NCBI GenBank assembly: GCA_018897195.1 | Contig: JAHILH010000004.1 | Location: 149,678 to 209,049, forward strand | Source of the DNA: Patescibacteria group bacterium | GTDB lineage: Bacteria; Patescibacteriota; Patescibacteriia; Patescibacteriales; UBA12075 | Direction: 5' to 3' | Length of the DNA stretch: 59,372 nt | Shown: positions 17,800 to 28,146 of the stretch, piece by piece | Layout of the letters: every line of letters begins with the position of its first letter | Numbering within the stretch: the stretch's first letter is position 1 | Program-made: the position numbers and the translations under genes | The notes under the pieces: model-generated | Seen by the model: the letters and a program-made list of their open reading frames with translations, nothing else | Databases searched by the model: none | Told to the model about the DNA's origin: nothing

Positions 17800-18048
17800 C
17801 CCACTATTTTAAAATATAGTTTTTGTATTATTATTTACCCCAAATTTATCAATTATTTCTAAACAATAACCCTATTAGCTACTTCTATTTTGATCATAAA
17901 ACTAAATTCTGTTTTTTATAGAACTCATTTAAATAAAAAAAATAAGCTAATGGATAAAAACACTTGCCTATTTTTAATAATCTATAAAAATATTCACAAT
18001 AACTGTTATTACAAACAATTATTCACTTTAAATTATAATCATCTTAAT

Positions 18049-18078
18049 ACTTAAGTCTAGAGTTTTGTAGACTTAAGT
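18049..18078. repeat. Palindromic element
   Basis: acttaagtctagagttttgtagacttaagt, located about 20 nt downstream of the tRNA-Arg(CCT) 3' end. Confidence 0.8.
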
Positions 18079-18097
18079 ATTGTAAATTAGTTTTCTG

Positions 18098-18169
18098 TGC
18101 CCCCATCATGAGTCGAACATGAGTCTAGGACTTAGGAGGTCCTTGTTTTATCCATTAAACTATGGGAGC
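18098..18169 (-). tRNA. tRNA-Arg (CCT)
   Basis: On the minus strand: acceptor GCTCCCA/TGGGGGC, anticodon arm AGGAC-CTCCTAA-GTCCT, T-arm with TTCGA. Confidence 0.85.
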
Positions 18170-18419
18170 AGTACAACAACTCTTTTTATTGTAATGTAAA
18201 CAAAATTAAATTTCAAGACTTCCCTATTCTCTTGTTATCTCTAAGTGTAGTTTTCATTTTCTTACCCAATAAACAATTTATAATTATTTAACAAATTAAT
18301 ACAAAAAAATAATTAACCTTTGTTTAAAAATAGCTTTACTAAAAGCTTGTTTTTTTTATTCTTATATACTAAACTTTAATCAACAAACCTAAAAACTAAT
18401 TATTATTAATATTTAAAAT

Positions 18420-18791
18420 ATGTTTAACAAGGAACAAAATAATATTTCAAAAGAGGAGGCAGAGACTATAATCGGACCATCAATTAAAGTAATGGGAAAT
18501 TTTCATGGACAGGGGAACATCATTATTGAAGGAATAGTTGAGGGGAGTGTCAAAACAAACAACTTTCTACTAGTTCGTGAAAAGGCAAAAATAACAGCCT
18601 CAGTTGAAGCCTTGGACGCCAAGATCGGTGGCGAGATAACGGGGGATATCAAAATTAAAGGTTATTTGGAAATCACCAAGTCAGCAAAAATTTTTGGAAA
18701 TATTGAAGCGGCTCAAATTTCAATAGAAAAAAACGCTATTTTTAATGGAAAATGTACCATGATTAAACACGGAGCCGAAGAACAAAAATAA
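18420..18791 (+). CDS. Bactofilin-family cytoskeletal protein
   Basis: Repetitive beta-helix pattern IIGPSIKVMGNFHGQGNIIIEGIVEGSV...IKIKGYLEI...IFGNIEA (DUF583-like). Confidence 0.75.
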   Translation: MFNKEQNNISKEEAETIIGPSIKVMGNFHGQGNIIIEGIVEGSVKTNNFLLVREKAKITASVEALDAKIGGEITGDIKIKGYLEITKSAKIFGNIEAAQISIEKNAIFNGKCTMIKHGAEEQK

Positions 18792-18829
18792 TCTCTATTT
18801 TTTATCTACTTAAGCGTTAAACAATAAAG

Positions 18830-19579
18830 ATGCATATTTATATATACGATAACTATCTTAATGAAAAAAAATACCAACCCTTGCTTGCTAAAATAGAAAC
18901 CAGAATCACAGATCTTGGTCTAAATGGCAAAATCATCCGGCTGGGCGTTATGAACTCAATTTATAACGCCATTGAGAATGAATTAAAAAAGGGCGCCAAA
19001 ACCATTATTGCGGTTGGTAATGATAATTTATTAAATCAAGTTATTAACTCAATCATTAAATCTAACACTGATAATAAAACCAATATTATTCCAATTGGTT
19101 TTATTCCGGTTGGTAAAAAAAATAATGAACTTGCCAAATTCCTCGGTATTGAACTAGAAGAAAATGCTTGTGATATATTATCTGCTCGTCGAGTCAAACA
19201 ATTAAGTTTAGGTAAAATTAACAATTTATTTTTTCTCTTCAATGTCTCAATTACAACCAAGGATACAATTATAAATATTGATAAAGATTTTTCAATTGAA
19301 ATAAAAAAAGAGGGGATTATAAATATTATAAACACCTCTTTAGAAAACCGAGAAACTGACATTAACAGCTCTTTGGAATTATTAATTCAAACTAATAATT
19401 CTGGTTTATTCAAAACAAACAAATCTGAGCAAAGTCATTTTAAATTTAAACATCTTGCACTTATTAATAAAAAAAGCTCAGCGGTAATAGATAATTCAAT
19501 GGAGGTTCCCACTCCGGTTGAAATCTCTTTAGGTAAAGAAAAAATTAACCTAATTGTTGGAAAAAACCGTTTTTTCTAG
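18830..19579 (+). CDS. Diacylglycerol/lipid-kinase-like (YegS/DAGK_cat family) protein with a degenerate active-site motif
   Basis: TIIAVGNDNLLNQVIN sits where the family has GGDGT. The size and N-terminal layout fit the family. Confidence 0.45.
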   Translation: MHIYIYDNYLNEKKYQPLLAKIETRITDLGLNGKIIRLGVMNSIYNAIENELKKGAKTIIAVGNDNLLNQVINSIIKSNTDNKTNIIPIGFIPVGKKNNELAKFLGIELEENACDILSARRVKQLSLGKINNLFFLFNVSITTKDTIINIDKDFSIEIKKEGIINIINTSLENRETDINSSLELLIQTNNSGLFKTNKSEQSHFKFKHLALINKKSSAVIDNSMEVPTPVEISLGKEKINLIVGKNRFF

Positions 19580-19609
19580 TTTTTTATTTAATATTAGCCA
19601 AAAAAAGTT

Positions 19610-20350
19610 TTAAGAAATAAGCTCCCCTTCGATAATTTTCGATTTGGGGTTATTTTTTTTCTTCAAAATATAAAGCTGTTGAAAAGCAGATAGAAGGGTA
19701 GTAACCAACCAATACAATGCTAGACCAGCGGAAAAAGAACTGGCCATAAAAAAGGTCATCACTGGCATAAAATAAACCATCTGCTTATTCATAATCGCCG
19801 CCATATCCTCATTCTTGGAGTCTGAGCCCTTAACCTCGGTCTTTTTAGACATCATCATCTTTGCCTGCCAAAATTGTGCCAAGGCAGCTAAAATCGCGAT
19901 ATAAATATTCTTTTTAGAAAGATCTAAAAATCCAAAAGAGATATAATTAATTGTTTCTGGATTATGAATAAATGGGTAAATCAATTTTAAAGCCCCATCC
20001 TCAAAACCATCCCTAAAAACTCGGAACAAGGCAAACAAGAACGGCATTTGAATTAAAAGTGGTAAACAGGATCCAAAAGGATTAACTTTGTGTTCCTTAT
20101 ACAACTCCATCATTTTCTTTCCCATCTCTTCTTTGCTATCCTTGTATTTATTTTTTACTTCTTCAATTTTGGGCTGCAGTTCTTGTAATTCTTTTTGTGA
20201 TTTTATTTGTTTACTATTTAGGGAATAGAGGAGGATTTTAATAATTATAGTTAACAAAATAATAGCTATTCCTAAGTCTTGTCCTGGAATCACATCATAT
20301 AACCAAATTAATAAATTAAGAATTGGTTGATAAAAAAGAGTTTCAAACAT
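19610..20350 (-). CDS. yidC: Membrane protein insertase YidC (short form)
   Basis: YidC/Oxa1 core. Conserved gene order with yidD and rpmH. Confidence 0.85.
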   Translation of the reverse strand: MFETLFYQPILNLLIWLYDVIPGQDLGIAIILLTIIIKILLYSLNSKQIKSQKELQELQPKIEEVKNKYKDSKEEMGKKMMELYKEHKVNPFGSCLPLLIQMPFLFALFRVFRDGFEDGALKLIYPFIHNPETINYISFGFLDLSKKNIYIAILAALAQFWQAKMMMSKKTEVKGSDSKNEDMAAIMNKQMVYFMPVMTFFMASSFSAGLALYWLVTTLLSAFQQLYILKKKNNPKSKIIEGELIS

Positions 20351-20382
20351 ATTGTTTTAATATATTATTTAATTATTAATAA

Positions 20383-20631
20383 TTATTTAAGGGGATCATA
20401 ACCACCATTGTTCCAAGGATTACAGCGTAAAACACGCCAGGTTGCTTTTATTCCTCCTTTTAGTATACCATACTTAAAAATAGATTGAATGGCATAATCT
20501 GAACATGTTGGTGTAAACCGACAATGACCATAGGGATATAAAAACTTAAATAAACCATGATCCCGAGACAGGGTTTTTTGGTATATTTTTAAAATCTTTA
20601 TAACAAGATAACGAGGATAATAAGTAAACAT
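20383..20631 (-). CDS. yidD: Membrane protein insertion efficiency factor YidD
   Basis: CRFTPTCSDYAIQSI...LRCNPW..GGYDP signature. Confidence 0.85.
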   Translation of the reverse strand: MFTYYPRYLVIKILKIYQKTLSRDHGLFKFLYPYGHCRFTPTCSDYAIQSIFKYGILKGGIKATWRVLRCNPWNNGGYDPLK

Positions 20632-20731
20632 TTTATTTATTTTATTTTTAAAATCTTTTAATAAAAAAACAAATACAAAAATACAAGAAATTATATTCTT
20701 GTATTTTTTAAAAGGTTATTCTCATTTTGTT

Positions 20732-20869
20732 TTATTTAGTAAGCTTTTTCCGGCCCTTTAGCTTCCGTCTTTTAATAGTATTTCTACCATTTTTAGTCTC
20801 CATTCTATTCATAAAACCGTGTTTTTTCGAAGCTCTACGAGTATTTGGTTGAAAAGTTTTTTTTGACAT
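20732..20869 (-). CDS. rpmH: 50S ribosomal protein L34
   Basis: [45 protein letters not shown] (45 aa). The longer tracked ORF is an upstream extension. Confidence 0.9.
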   Translation of the reverse strand: MSKKTFQPNTRRASKKHGFMNRMETKNGRNTIKRRKLKGRKKLTK

Positions 20870-21559
20870 GTCAATCAAAAAGGTAATACTGAAAACTTTG
20901 CAATTAATGCTTGCAACTCTATATTTCCTTTGTTTTATTTTTAATAAACATAATGTAACATTTTTAAATATAAAAGTCAACAACCATATTCAAGTAAAAA
21001 TTTACCCAAATTGTTTTCCACTTTTCCTGTGAATATTCTTGTGCTTAGAATACTAATCAATTTTAATAAATTGTTAATAAACAAAATTTTTACTTTCTTA
21101 TTCATTTGTTATTAATTTTTTACCTATCTCTTTTTTATGCTTATTCACAGTTTATTAAACCCGTTTTCTTTCTAAGGTTATAGCTGAATTCAATTTTTGC
21201 CATTTTTATTAACCGACTTATTATTATAATCAGTTTATAATTTATAAATAAATAAATAATAATTAATAAACTTTTAAAAAAATAATATTTTAAATTTTTC
21301 ATACTTTTTGCCTAGATAGTTTAATTAAAATTAACTGTTAATAAGATTTTAAAAATAGGACTTAAGTCTTTAATATTAAGTAAATTTAAATAATTAGTTA
21401 TCCACTTTTTGCGCACAAACTATAAACATTTCTTAATGTTTGAATAAAAAAAAGAAATTGTTATAATAGACATATCGTAATTAATAAAAAGCCTACATCT
21501 TTTTGTATAGTCAGGAGTTTATCTTTCCTGGTTGTAAAAAAATTAAATTTTGAAAATCT
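20870..21559. other. Putative chromosomal replication origin (oriC) between rpmH and dnaA
   Basis: DnaA-box-like 9-mers are TTTTCCACT (21014), TGTGAATAT (21028), TTATTCACA (21141) and TTATCCACT (21398). A very AT-rich stretch lies at about 21230-21300. The rpmH|dnaA-dnaN context is canonical. Confidence 0.65.
21358..21368. repeat. Single arm of the palindromic family (GGACTTAAGTC) inside the oriC region
   Basis: ggacttaagtc. Confidence 0.5.
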
Positions 21560-22918
21560 ATGAACAATGATCAACTTTGGCAAGCCGTGTTAGGCGAAAT
21601 TGAACTTAATCTCTCAAAAGCTAATTTTACAACCTGGTTCAAAGATACGTTTGTTTCTTCGTTTGAAGAAGGGAAAGCAATAATCTGTGTTCCTAATACA
21701 TTTACCAAGGCATGGTTGGAAAAAAAATATCACACACAAATTAGTGAAGCAATTGAAAGTATTAAGAGTGAAAAAATTAAAGAAATTTTATATAAAGTTG
21801 AAACTCGAAAAACAAGTCCCGTTGATGACTTGTTAAAAAAGATAAAAATTAAAAAAGATGTAGTTAGTGAAAACACTGAAGGAATTGTTATTAATAAATA
21901 TGGTTTAAACTCACGTTATACCTTTGATCAATTTATTGTAGGTAAAGGGAATGAGTTAGCAAATGCTGCTTGTCGAGCCGTTGCTGCTAATCCAGGTAAT
22001 GCCTATAATCCTTTGTTTATTTACGGAGGGGTTGGTTTAGGTAAAACTCATTTATTGCAAGCAATTGGACATGAGGTGATTAATAAAACTGACCGTATTA
22101 TGTATGTAACGAGTGAAAAGTTTACTAATGATTATATTCAAGCAGTAAAATCTGGTCAAGCAAAAGATTTTAAAGATCGTTATCGTAATGTTGACTTGTT
22201 GATGATTGATGATATTCAATTTATGGCCGGTAAAGATGGAACTCAGGAGGAATTTTTTCATACTTTTAATGAATTACACCAAACTAATAAACAAATTATT
22301 ATCACCTCTGATTTACCACCAAAATCAATTCCCGCGTTTGAAAAAAGATTGTTATCACGATTGGAGTGGGGAATGATTGTGGACATTGTACACCCAGACC
22401 TTGAAACTAGAATGGCAATTTTAGAAACTAAATGCAAAGAGAAGAATTACTCATTGGGTCGCGATATTTTAGAGTATATTGCTAATAATATTAAAAACAA
22501 TATCCGCGAATTAGAGGGCGCTTTAAATCGTATAATTGCTTTTCATGAATTTAATAATTCCAAACCAACCGTAGAATCAACTAAAAGTGTTTTAAATGGT
22601 TTAATTTCTAGTGCTAAATCAAAATCACTTTCTTGTAAGGATATTGTGGACTCAGTATCTAGTTTTTTTAGTATTAGTGTGAAGGAGATAACTGGTAAAT
22701 CACGAAAGAAGGAATTGGTTTATCCACGTCAAATTTCTATGTATTTAATGCGTAAAGAGATTAATTCTTCGTATCCAACCATTGGTTATGAATTAGGTGG
22801 AAGGGACCATACAACCGCCATGCACGCATTTAACAAGATTTTAAAAGAGGTTGAGGAGAACGAAAGGATTCGCCAAGATATTGAATCAATTAAACATCAA
22901 ATGTATAGCAGTATTTAA
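21560..22918 (+). CDS. dnaA: Chromosomal replication initiator protein DnaA
   Basis: Walker A GGVGLGKTHLL, LLMIDDIQF, and the C-terminal DNA-binding segment ...GGRDHTTAMHA. Confidence 0.95.
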   Translation: MNNDQLWQAVLGEIELNLSKANFTTWFKDTFVSSFEEGKAIICVPNTFTKAWLEKKYHTQISEAIESIKSEKIKEILYKVETRKTSPVDDLLKKIKIKKDVVSENTEGIVINKYGLNSRYTFDQFIVGKGNELANAACRAVAANPGNAYNPLFIYGGVGLGKTHLLQAIGHEVINKTDRIMYVTSEKFTNDYIQAVKSGQAKDFKDRYRNVDLLMIDDIQFMAGKDGTQEEFFHTFNELHQTNKQIIITSDLPPKSIPAFEKRLLSRLEWGMIVDIVHPDLETRMAILETKCKEKNYSLGRDILEYIANNIKNNIRELEGALNRIIAFHEFNNSKPTVESTKSVLNGLISSAKSKSLSCKDIVDSVSSFFSISVKEITGKSRKKELVYPRQISMYLMRKEINSSYPTIGYELGGRDHTTAMHAFNKILKEVEENERIRQDIESIKHQMYSSI

Positions 22919-22934
22919 TTAATAAAAAGTTTTT

Positions 22935-24068
22935 ATGAAAATTTCAAGTTTGCAAGAAAATTTAAAAAACGGTTTGCAATTAGTTGGCCACATTGCTGGT
23001 AAAAATGTTAATCTACCGATTTTAAACAACATATTAATTAAATGCAATGATGATGGAATTAAGTTGATTACTACTGATTTGGAATTAGGTATTACGTGTT
23101 CAGTGCGTGGTAAGGTGGAAAAAGAAGGTGAGTTCACAGTTGAGGCAAAAATTTTATCCGATTTTATTTCTTTATTACCTAATAATAAAGTCGACCTTGA
23201 GGTAAGGGAAAATAAACTAACCATTAAGAGTGAAAACTATAAAACAATTATTAAGGGTTTGTCCGCTGAAGAATATCCCTTAATTCCAAAAATTGAAAAG
23301 AAAAGTTTTTTTGAAGTTCCGGTTGATGAATTTAAAAAAGCCTTATCACAGGTTATTTTTGCAGTTTCAAACAGTGATAATCGTTTAGAATTAACAGGCG
23401 TACTTTTTGATTTTAAGGAAGAGGAATTATTTATGGCCGCAACTGATAGTTTTCGCTTAGCTGAAAAAAGAGTGAAAATTAAAAAAAATAACCAAGATGC
23501 AGTTTTAAGTAAAATTATTGTCCCAGCAAAAACACTACAGGAGTTAGTGAGAATTTTATCTAATATTAAAAGCGAAGATTTTAGCAATGAGAGTAAGAAT
23601 TTAAATATGTATTTATCTGATAATCAGATTTTATTCACGATTGGTAATGTGGAATTAATTTCTCGTTTAATTGATGGTCAATATCCAGACTATAAACAAA
23701 TTATACCAATTAATAGTAAGACAACTGTTATTGTTAATAAGAGTGAGTTGATTAGGGCGGTAAAAACTTCTTCAATTTTTTCTAAGACGGGTATTAATGA
23801 TGTAAATATTGATTTACCAGCAAATAAGAATAAAATAATTATTTCTTCAACCTCTAGTCAGACCGGTGAGAATGTAGTTGAGCTCGATGCTCAAGTAGAA
23901 GGGGATGATAATGGAGTGGTATTAAATTATAAATTTTTATTAGATGGAATTAATAATATCAATGATGAATCTATTAAATTGAAAATAATTAATGGCAATA
24001 CGCCTTGTTTGTTAAGCTCTGTTAAGGAGGACGATTATTTATATGTCATCATGCCTATAAAACAATAA
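22935..24068 (+). CDS. dnaN: DNA polymerase III beta sliding clamp
   Basis: 377 aa, directly after dnaA, with typical clamp N-terminal and C-terminal (MPI) features. Confidence 0.9.
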   Translation: MKISSLQENLKNGLQLVGHIAGKNVNLPILNNILIKCNDDGIKLITTDLELGITCSVRGKVEKEGEFTVEAKILSDFISLLPNNKVDLEVRENKLTIKSENYKTIIKGLSAEEYPLIPKIEKKSFFEVPVDEFKKALSQVIFAVSNSDNRLELTGVLFDFKEEELFMAATDSFRLAEKRVKIKKNNQDAVLSKIIVPAKTLQELVRILSNIKSEDFSNESKNLNMYLSDNQILFTIGNVELISRLIDGQYPDYKQIIPINSKTTVIVNKSELIRAVKTSSIFSKTGINDVNIDLPANKNKIIISSTSSQTGENVVELDAQVEGDDNGVVLNYKFLLDGINNINDESIKLKIINGNTPCLLSSVKEDDYLYVIMPIKQ

Positions 24069-24080
24069 ATAAAACTAGAT

Positions 24081-24115
24081 AAAAAAACAGCCGCTAAATT
24101 AGCGGCTGTTTTTTT
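24081..24115. terminator. Bidirectional terminator between dnaN and the PBP gene
   Basis: A7-CAGCCGCTA-aat-TAGCGGCTG-T7. Confidence 0.75.
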
Positions 24116-24124
24116 AAAATTAAT

Positions 24125-27025
24125 TTAATTTTTTATTTCCGTGTTGTTAATAGTAATAGAAACCTCGTCGCTTTTGATAAGTTTACCAGACCAGAGAACA
24201 GCCTCGCTGTATAGTTTATAGCTACCAGTGGCAGGAATTTCAGCCCATCGAATAGCTTCAGTTTTTACATTTTCATTTTGGAGGGAACTTATTAGAGTCG
24301 CCGTGTTTTTATCATTAAGGTAGTAAAAATTTATTTTAGTTACCTGATCGATATCATTAATATTTACTGAAATATTTAAAGGGAAGCCAGAATTGGAAAT
24401 AACAGCGTTTGCCTGTGGGTTGGTTAAAGAAATTTCTGCTGGGGAAACATTTTTGTTATTTGCGAGCTTAAGATTAAATTCAATAGTTTCACTTTTGCAA
24501 TTTTCCACATCGTCACAAATTTTAACTCTTAGGTTGTAAAAACCATTTGGTAAAAAATGAATTGCTTTTTCTAATTTGTAAGGGAACAGAGTATTGGTGT
24601 AAAACAAGTTGTCATTAATATAATATTCAACTCGCGTAATTGTTCTTTTTGCCTGAGCTTCAATAGTTGCGGTTAAAATCGGGTTGGTAATAGTTTCATT
24701 ATTAACTGGGCTTAAGATGGTTAAGGTTGGTTGATTTTCCAGGGTGTGAATATTGTCAATCTCGGTCGGTACTGAGGATGTGGCAAAGTTTTGTTTATCA
24801 GCCCAGGTTTTTATTGCTGTTTCCCAAAGGTTAAACTGAGGATCATTGGCTGGGTTTGTTGGGATAGGTCCAGCTGGATTATCTTTATTAACGTAATAAA
24901 GAATACTGTGTGGGTCGATAAATTTTCTTTCCTCAACATATTCTGGCGGAGTTGAGCTAGAGGCTAATAAGCCAGAGGTTTTATCAACGAGAACAATTTT
25001 TTCTAGAGGATTACCGCCATCGAGAACTGCTTTACCAGTGGATTTGATTTCTGGTTTTTTAAAGTATTCAATGGGGGTATCGCCTAGGATTTTTTTCATA
25101 TATTTATTCCAAATTGGAGCGGCAACAACACCGCCATCGGCGCCGCGCTTCATTTCACTATTATCATTGTTGCCAACCCAGACACCAGTAACAATTGATG
25201 GAGTATAACCAATTGTCCAAGCATCACGATAATCATTAGTTGTACCAGACTTAGCAGCGACTGGGCGATCATTACTAAAGGTTAACCAATTTTTAATACC
25301 AAAAATATATGCGCGTGCATTATTATCTGACAAGATATCGGTGGTCATACGCGCAACATTGGGGTCAAGAACTTGTCTTTCCGAATCTTTAAACTCTTCC
25401 ATGATATTTCCATTCGCATCTTCAATTCTTAATATAGGTTTTATGGAATGAATAGCCCCATCACGAGCAAAGGCGCTATAAGCATTCACGTGTTCTAGTA
25501 GTTTAACCTCTCCACCACCCAGGACCAAAGATAAACCAAAACGGTCTTTATCTTTTAAGGTTGAGTAGCCAAGTTTGTCGGCTAAGTCTAAAACATTATC
25601 AATCCCAGCGAGGTACATGGCTTTAACGGCGGGTGTGTTTAGAGAGCCGGCGAGCGCCATGCGCATACTAACTGGACCATGTTCTTTGCTGTCATAATTG
25701 TGCGGTTCGTAGGATTTTGCTGGATCGTTGGAAAAATTTGTTACTACGTCATAAAGCATGGTGTTTGGCGAATAGCCTTTTAAAAAGCTTGCGGCATAAA
25801 CTAAAGGTTTCATAGATGAGCCAGGCTGACGATTGCTTAAGGCAATGTTAACTTGTCCGTCGATATCTTTACTAAAATAATCCTTTGAACCAACCATGGC
25901 CAACACTTCGCCAGTTTTTGGATCAATGGAAACTAAGCTTGCATTCGTTGCTTTATAATTTGTTAGATTTTTTTCGGCCTGTTCTTTGAGAACTTCTTCC
26001 GCTATGGTTTGTTTATACAAATCAAGGGAGGTGTATATTTTTAAACCGCCTTGTTCAATTATTTTTTCGCCGTATTTTTCTGCTAGCAATTCTTTGATGT
26101 ACATAACGAAATGAGGCGCTTTAATATTTTCATCTTGTTTTTGAAATTCGAGTGGATATTTTTTTGCTTCATCGGCCTGGTCTTTAGTGATATAACCCTG
26201 TTCAACCATGAGGTCTAAAATATGTTCCTGGCGGCCCATTAAAAGTTCAAGGTTGGTCCCGTAAGGGGAATAACGGCTAGGCGCTTGAGGTAGCGCTGCT
26301 AAAACAGCGGCTTCGGCTAGAGTAATATTTTTAACATTTTTTCCAAAATATCTTTGACTAGCTGCCTCAACACCATAAGAGGTAGAACCATAAGGAATTT
26401 CGTTTAAATACATTTGTAAAATTTCATTTTTACTAAACTTTTTTTCCAAACGGTAGGCGAGAATTAACTCTTTTATTTTTCGAGTATAGGTTTTTTCATT
26501 TGTTAAAACAGAATTCTTAACAAATTGTTGGGTTAGTGTTGAGCCACCAGCCTTTTTTCCAAAAAGAACATTGGTAATAGCTGTTCTTAAGATTGCGAAA
26601 AAACTAAAACCGCTGTGTTTATAAAAATTTTTATCTTCCACGGCAATGGTTGCTTGTTCAACATAATCTGGTATTTCATCAAGATTTATTAGTGTTCTTT
26701 TTTCATCACCATGGATTTCATAAAGAATGGTTTCACCAGTGCGGTCATAAATTTTAGTACTCTGAGCAATTTCTCGATTAATTAGTTGGTTTGGATTAGG
26801 GAGATCTTTTGATAACCATAAAACAAAACCAACAACAATTAAGCCAAAAACCAGGAGACTGGATAAAGCATAAATAAGAAAGTTTTTCTTAAAATTGAGG
26901 CGGGAAAAAAAATCACCAGCGGTTTTTTTGTGTCGATCAGCAAAAGACTTTTTCTTATTAACGAATGAAGGTTTTTTATTGTTGTCCCTCCAACTATTAT
27001 TATTTTGCATGTGTGGTATTGGCAT
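24125..27025 (-). CDS. Class A penicillin-binding protein (PBP1A; glycosyltransferase plus transpeptidase) with a long C-terminal extension
   Basis: GT51 motifs (AVEDKNFYKH, GGSTLTQQ), transpeptidase SSMKP (SxxK) and KSGTT (KTG-like). About 250 extra C-terminal residues have a beta-rich, Ig-like character. Confidence 0.9.
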   Translation of the reverse strand: MPIPHMQNNNSWRDNNKKPSFVNKKKSFADRHKKTAGDFFSRLNFKKNFLIYALSSLLVFGLIVVGFVLWLSKDLPNPNQLINREIAQSTKIYDRTGETILYEIHGDEKRTLINLDEIPDYVEQATIAVEDKNFYKHSGFSFFAILRTAITNVLFGKKAGGSTLTQQFVKNSVLTNEKTYTRKIKELILAYRLEKKFSKNEILQMYLNEIPYGSTSYGVEAASQRYFGKNVKNITLAEAAVLAALPQAPSRYSPYGTNLELLMGRQEHILDLMVEQGYITKDQADEAKKYPLEFQKQDENIKAPHFVMYIKELLAEKYGEKIIEQGGLKIYTSLDLYKQTIAEEVLKEQAEKNLTNYKATNASLVSIDPKTGEVLAMVGSKDYFSKDIDGQVNIALSNRQPGSSMKPLVYAASFLKGYSPNTMLYDVVTNFSNDPAKSYEPHNYDSKEHGPVSMRMALAGSLNTPAVKAMYLAGIDNVLDLADKLGYSTLKDKDRFGLSLVLGGGEVKLLEHVNAYSAFARDGAIHSIKPILRIEDANGNIMEEFKDSERQVLDPNVARMTTDILSDNNARAYIFGIKNWLTFSNDRPVAAKSGTTNDYRDAWTIGYTPSIVTGVWVGNNDNSEMKRGADGGVVAAPIWNKYMKKILGDTPIEYFKKPEIKSTGKAVLDGGNPLEKIVLVDKTSGLLASSSTPPEYVEERKFIDPHSILYYVNKDNPAGPIPTNPANDPQFNLWETAIKTWADKQNFATSSVPTEIDNIHTLENQPTLTILSPVNNETITNPILTATIEAQAKRTITRVEYYINDNLFYTNTLFPYKLEKAIHFLPNGFYNLRVKICDDVENCKSETIEFNLKLANNKNVSPAEISLTNPQANAVISNSGFPLNISVNINDIDQVTKINFYYLNDKNTATLISSLQNENVKTEAIRWAEIPATGSYKLYSEAVLWSGKLIKSDEVSITINNTEIKN

Positions 27026-27096
27026 TTATTTATATATTAATTATAAAAGCCATTGGCTTTTTGTAAGAATGGAAATTGATTATTTTTAATTTCAAA

Positions 27097-28032
27097 TTAT
27101 TTTCGATAATATTGAGCGGCGGCTTCTGGAGCGACAGAGTTAATAATAAGTCCAGAACCAAGTTCAACACCTGCCCAGACGCTATCACGAGGTTGAATTT
27201 TTAGATAAAAATGTTGATCATTGTCTGAAACAACCTGATGTAAAAAATAGTTATAAGAAATATCCAAAGCCTTAAGTTTAAGAAGGATTTTTTTTAAAAC
27301 CTTAGCAAACGATTTAAACTCTTGTTTGTTAAGTTTTGTGATATTATCTAAGTGGCGCTTGCTAAATATCCAAGCTTCATAGTGATATTCACTGGCATAA
27401 GGAGCAAAGGCGACAACGTGCAAGTCTTCAAATATTTTTCTACTTGTTTTGGCCTCCTTTTTTAATAAGTCACAATAAAAACAAGTTTTATTTTTTTCTT
27501 TATACTGTTTAGCTAATTCTAATTCGTTTTTTATATCTGGTGGTAGAATGCTACTAGCGAAGACTTGCGAGTGAGCGTGGGCTATTGAGGCGCCAGCCTT
27601 TGACCCTTGATTTTTAAAACATAAAATATAGTCAATTTTTTTGTCTTTTTGTAGTTCTTTTGTTCGGTGTGAGTATATTTTTAAAACATTTTCAATTTCT
27701 TTTTCTGATAGGGTTCCTAATTCCTTGGAGTGATAAGGAGTTTCAACGATTACCTCTTGATAACCATAAGCTTTTTTATTATCTACGGAAAGGGCGGGAA
27801 AAATATTTCTAATTACCGCTATCTGTTGTTTGCTTTTTTCTTTAATTTCATCTAATAAATAATTTTTTATTGTTTTTTGTTGTTTTTTTAAACTTTCTTG
27901 GCAAAAAAAACAATCATCATTATGTTTTATAATAGTCTGCTCGTTGATGTCGTGTGGACGAGCAGCACGACCAGGTGTAATAATGACGTATTTGTCCAAT
28001 AGATAATCCTTTCTAATTTCTGATTTTTTCAT
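27097..28032 (-). CDS. Galactose-1-phosphate uridylyltransferase-like HIT-superfamily enzyme
   Basis: N-terminal CFFC zinc motif and HAHSQV (HxHxQ) active site. Length is 311 aa. Confidence 0.65.
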   Translation of the reverse strand: MKKSEIRKDYLLDKYVIITPGRAARPHDINEQTIIKHNDDCFFCQESLKKQQKTIKNYLLDEIKEKSKQQIAVIRNIFPALSVDNKKAYGYQEVIVETPYHSKELGTLSEKEIENVLKIYSHRTKELQKDKKIDYILCFKNQGSKAGASIAHAHSQVFASSILPPDIKNELELAKQYKEKNKTCFYCDLLKKEAKTSRKIFEDLHVVAFAPYASEYHYEAWIFSKRHLDNITKLNKQEFKSFAKVLKKILLKLKALDISYNYFLHQVVSDNDQHFYLKIQPRDSVWAGVELGSGLIINSVAPEAAAQYYRK

Positions 28033-28146
28033 AAATATATATTAATGTAATGCCTGTATTATAACAAATATAATTAATTAGATAAAGTTAGTGAGTATTA
28101 AAAAAAATTGTTAAAAAAACAAACAAGGTTAATGAGAAAAAATTGA

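Noticed and set aside
22919-23587. Two minus-strand ORFs (22919-23224 and 23237-23587).
   Set aside because: They are antisense to dnaN, which is confidently identified.
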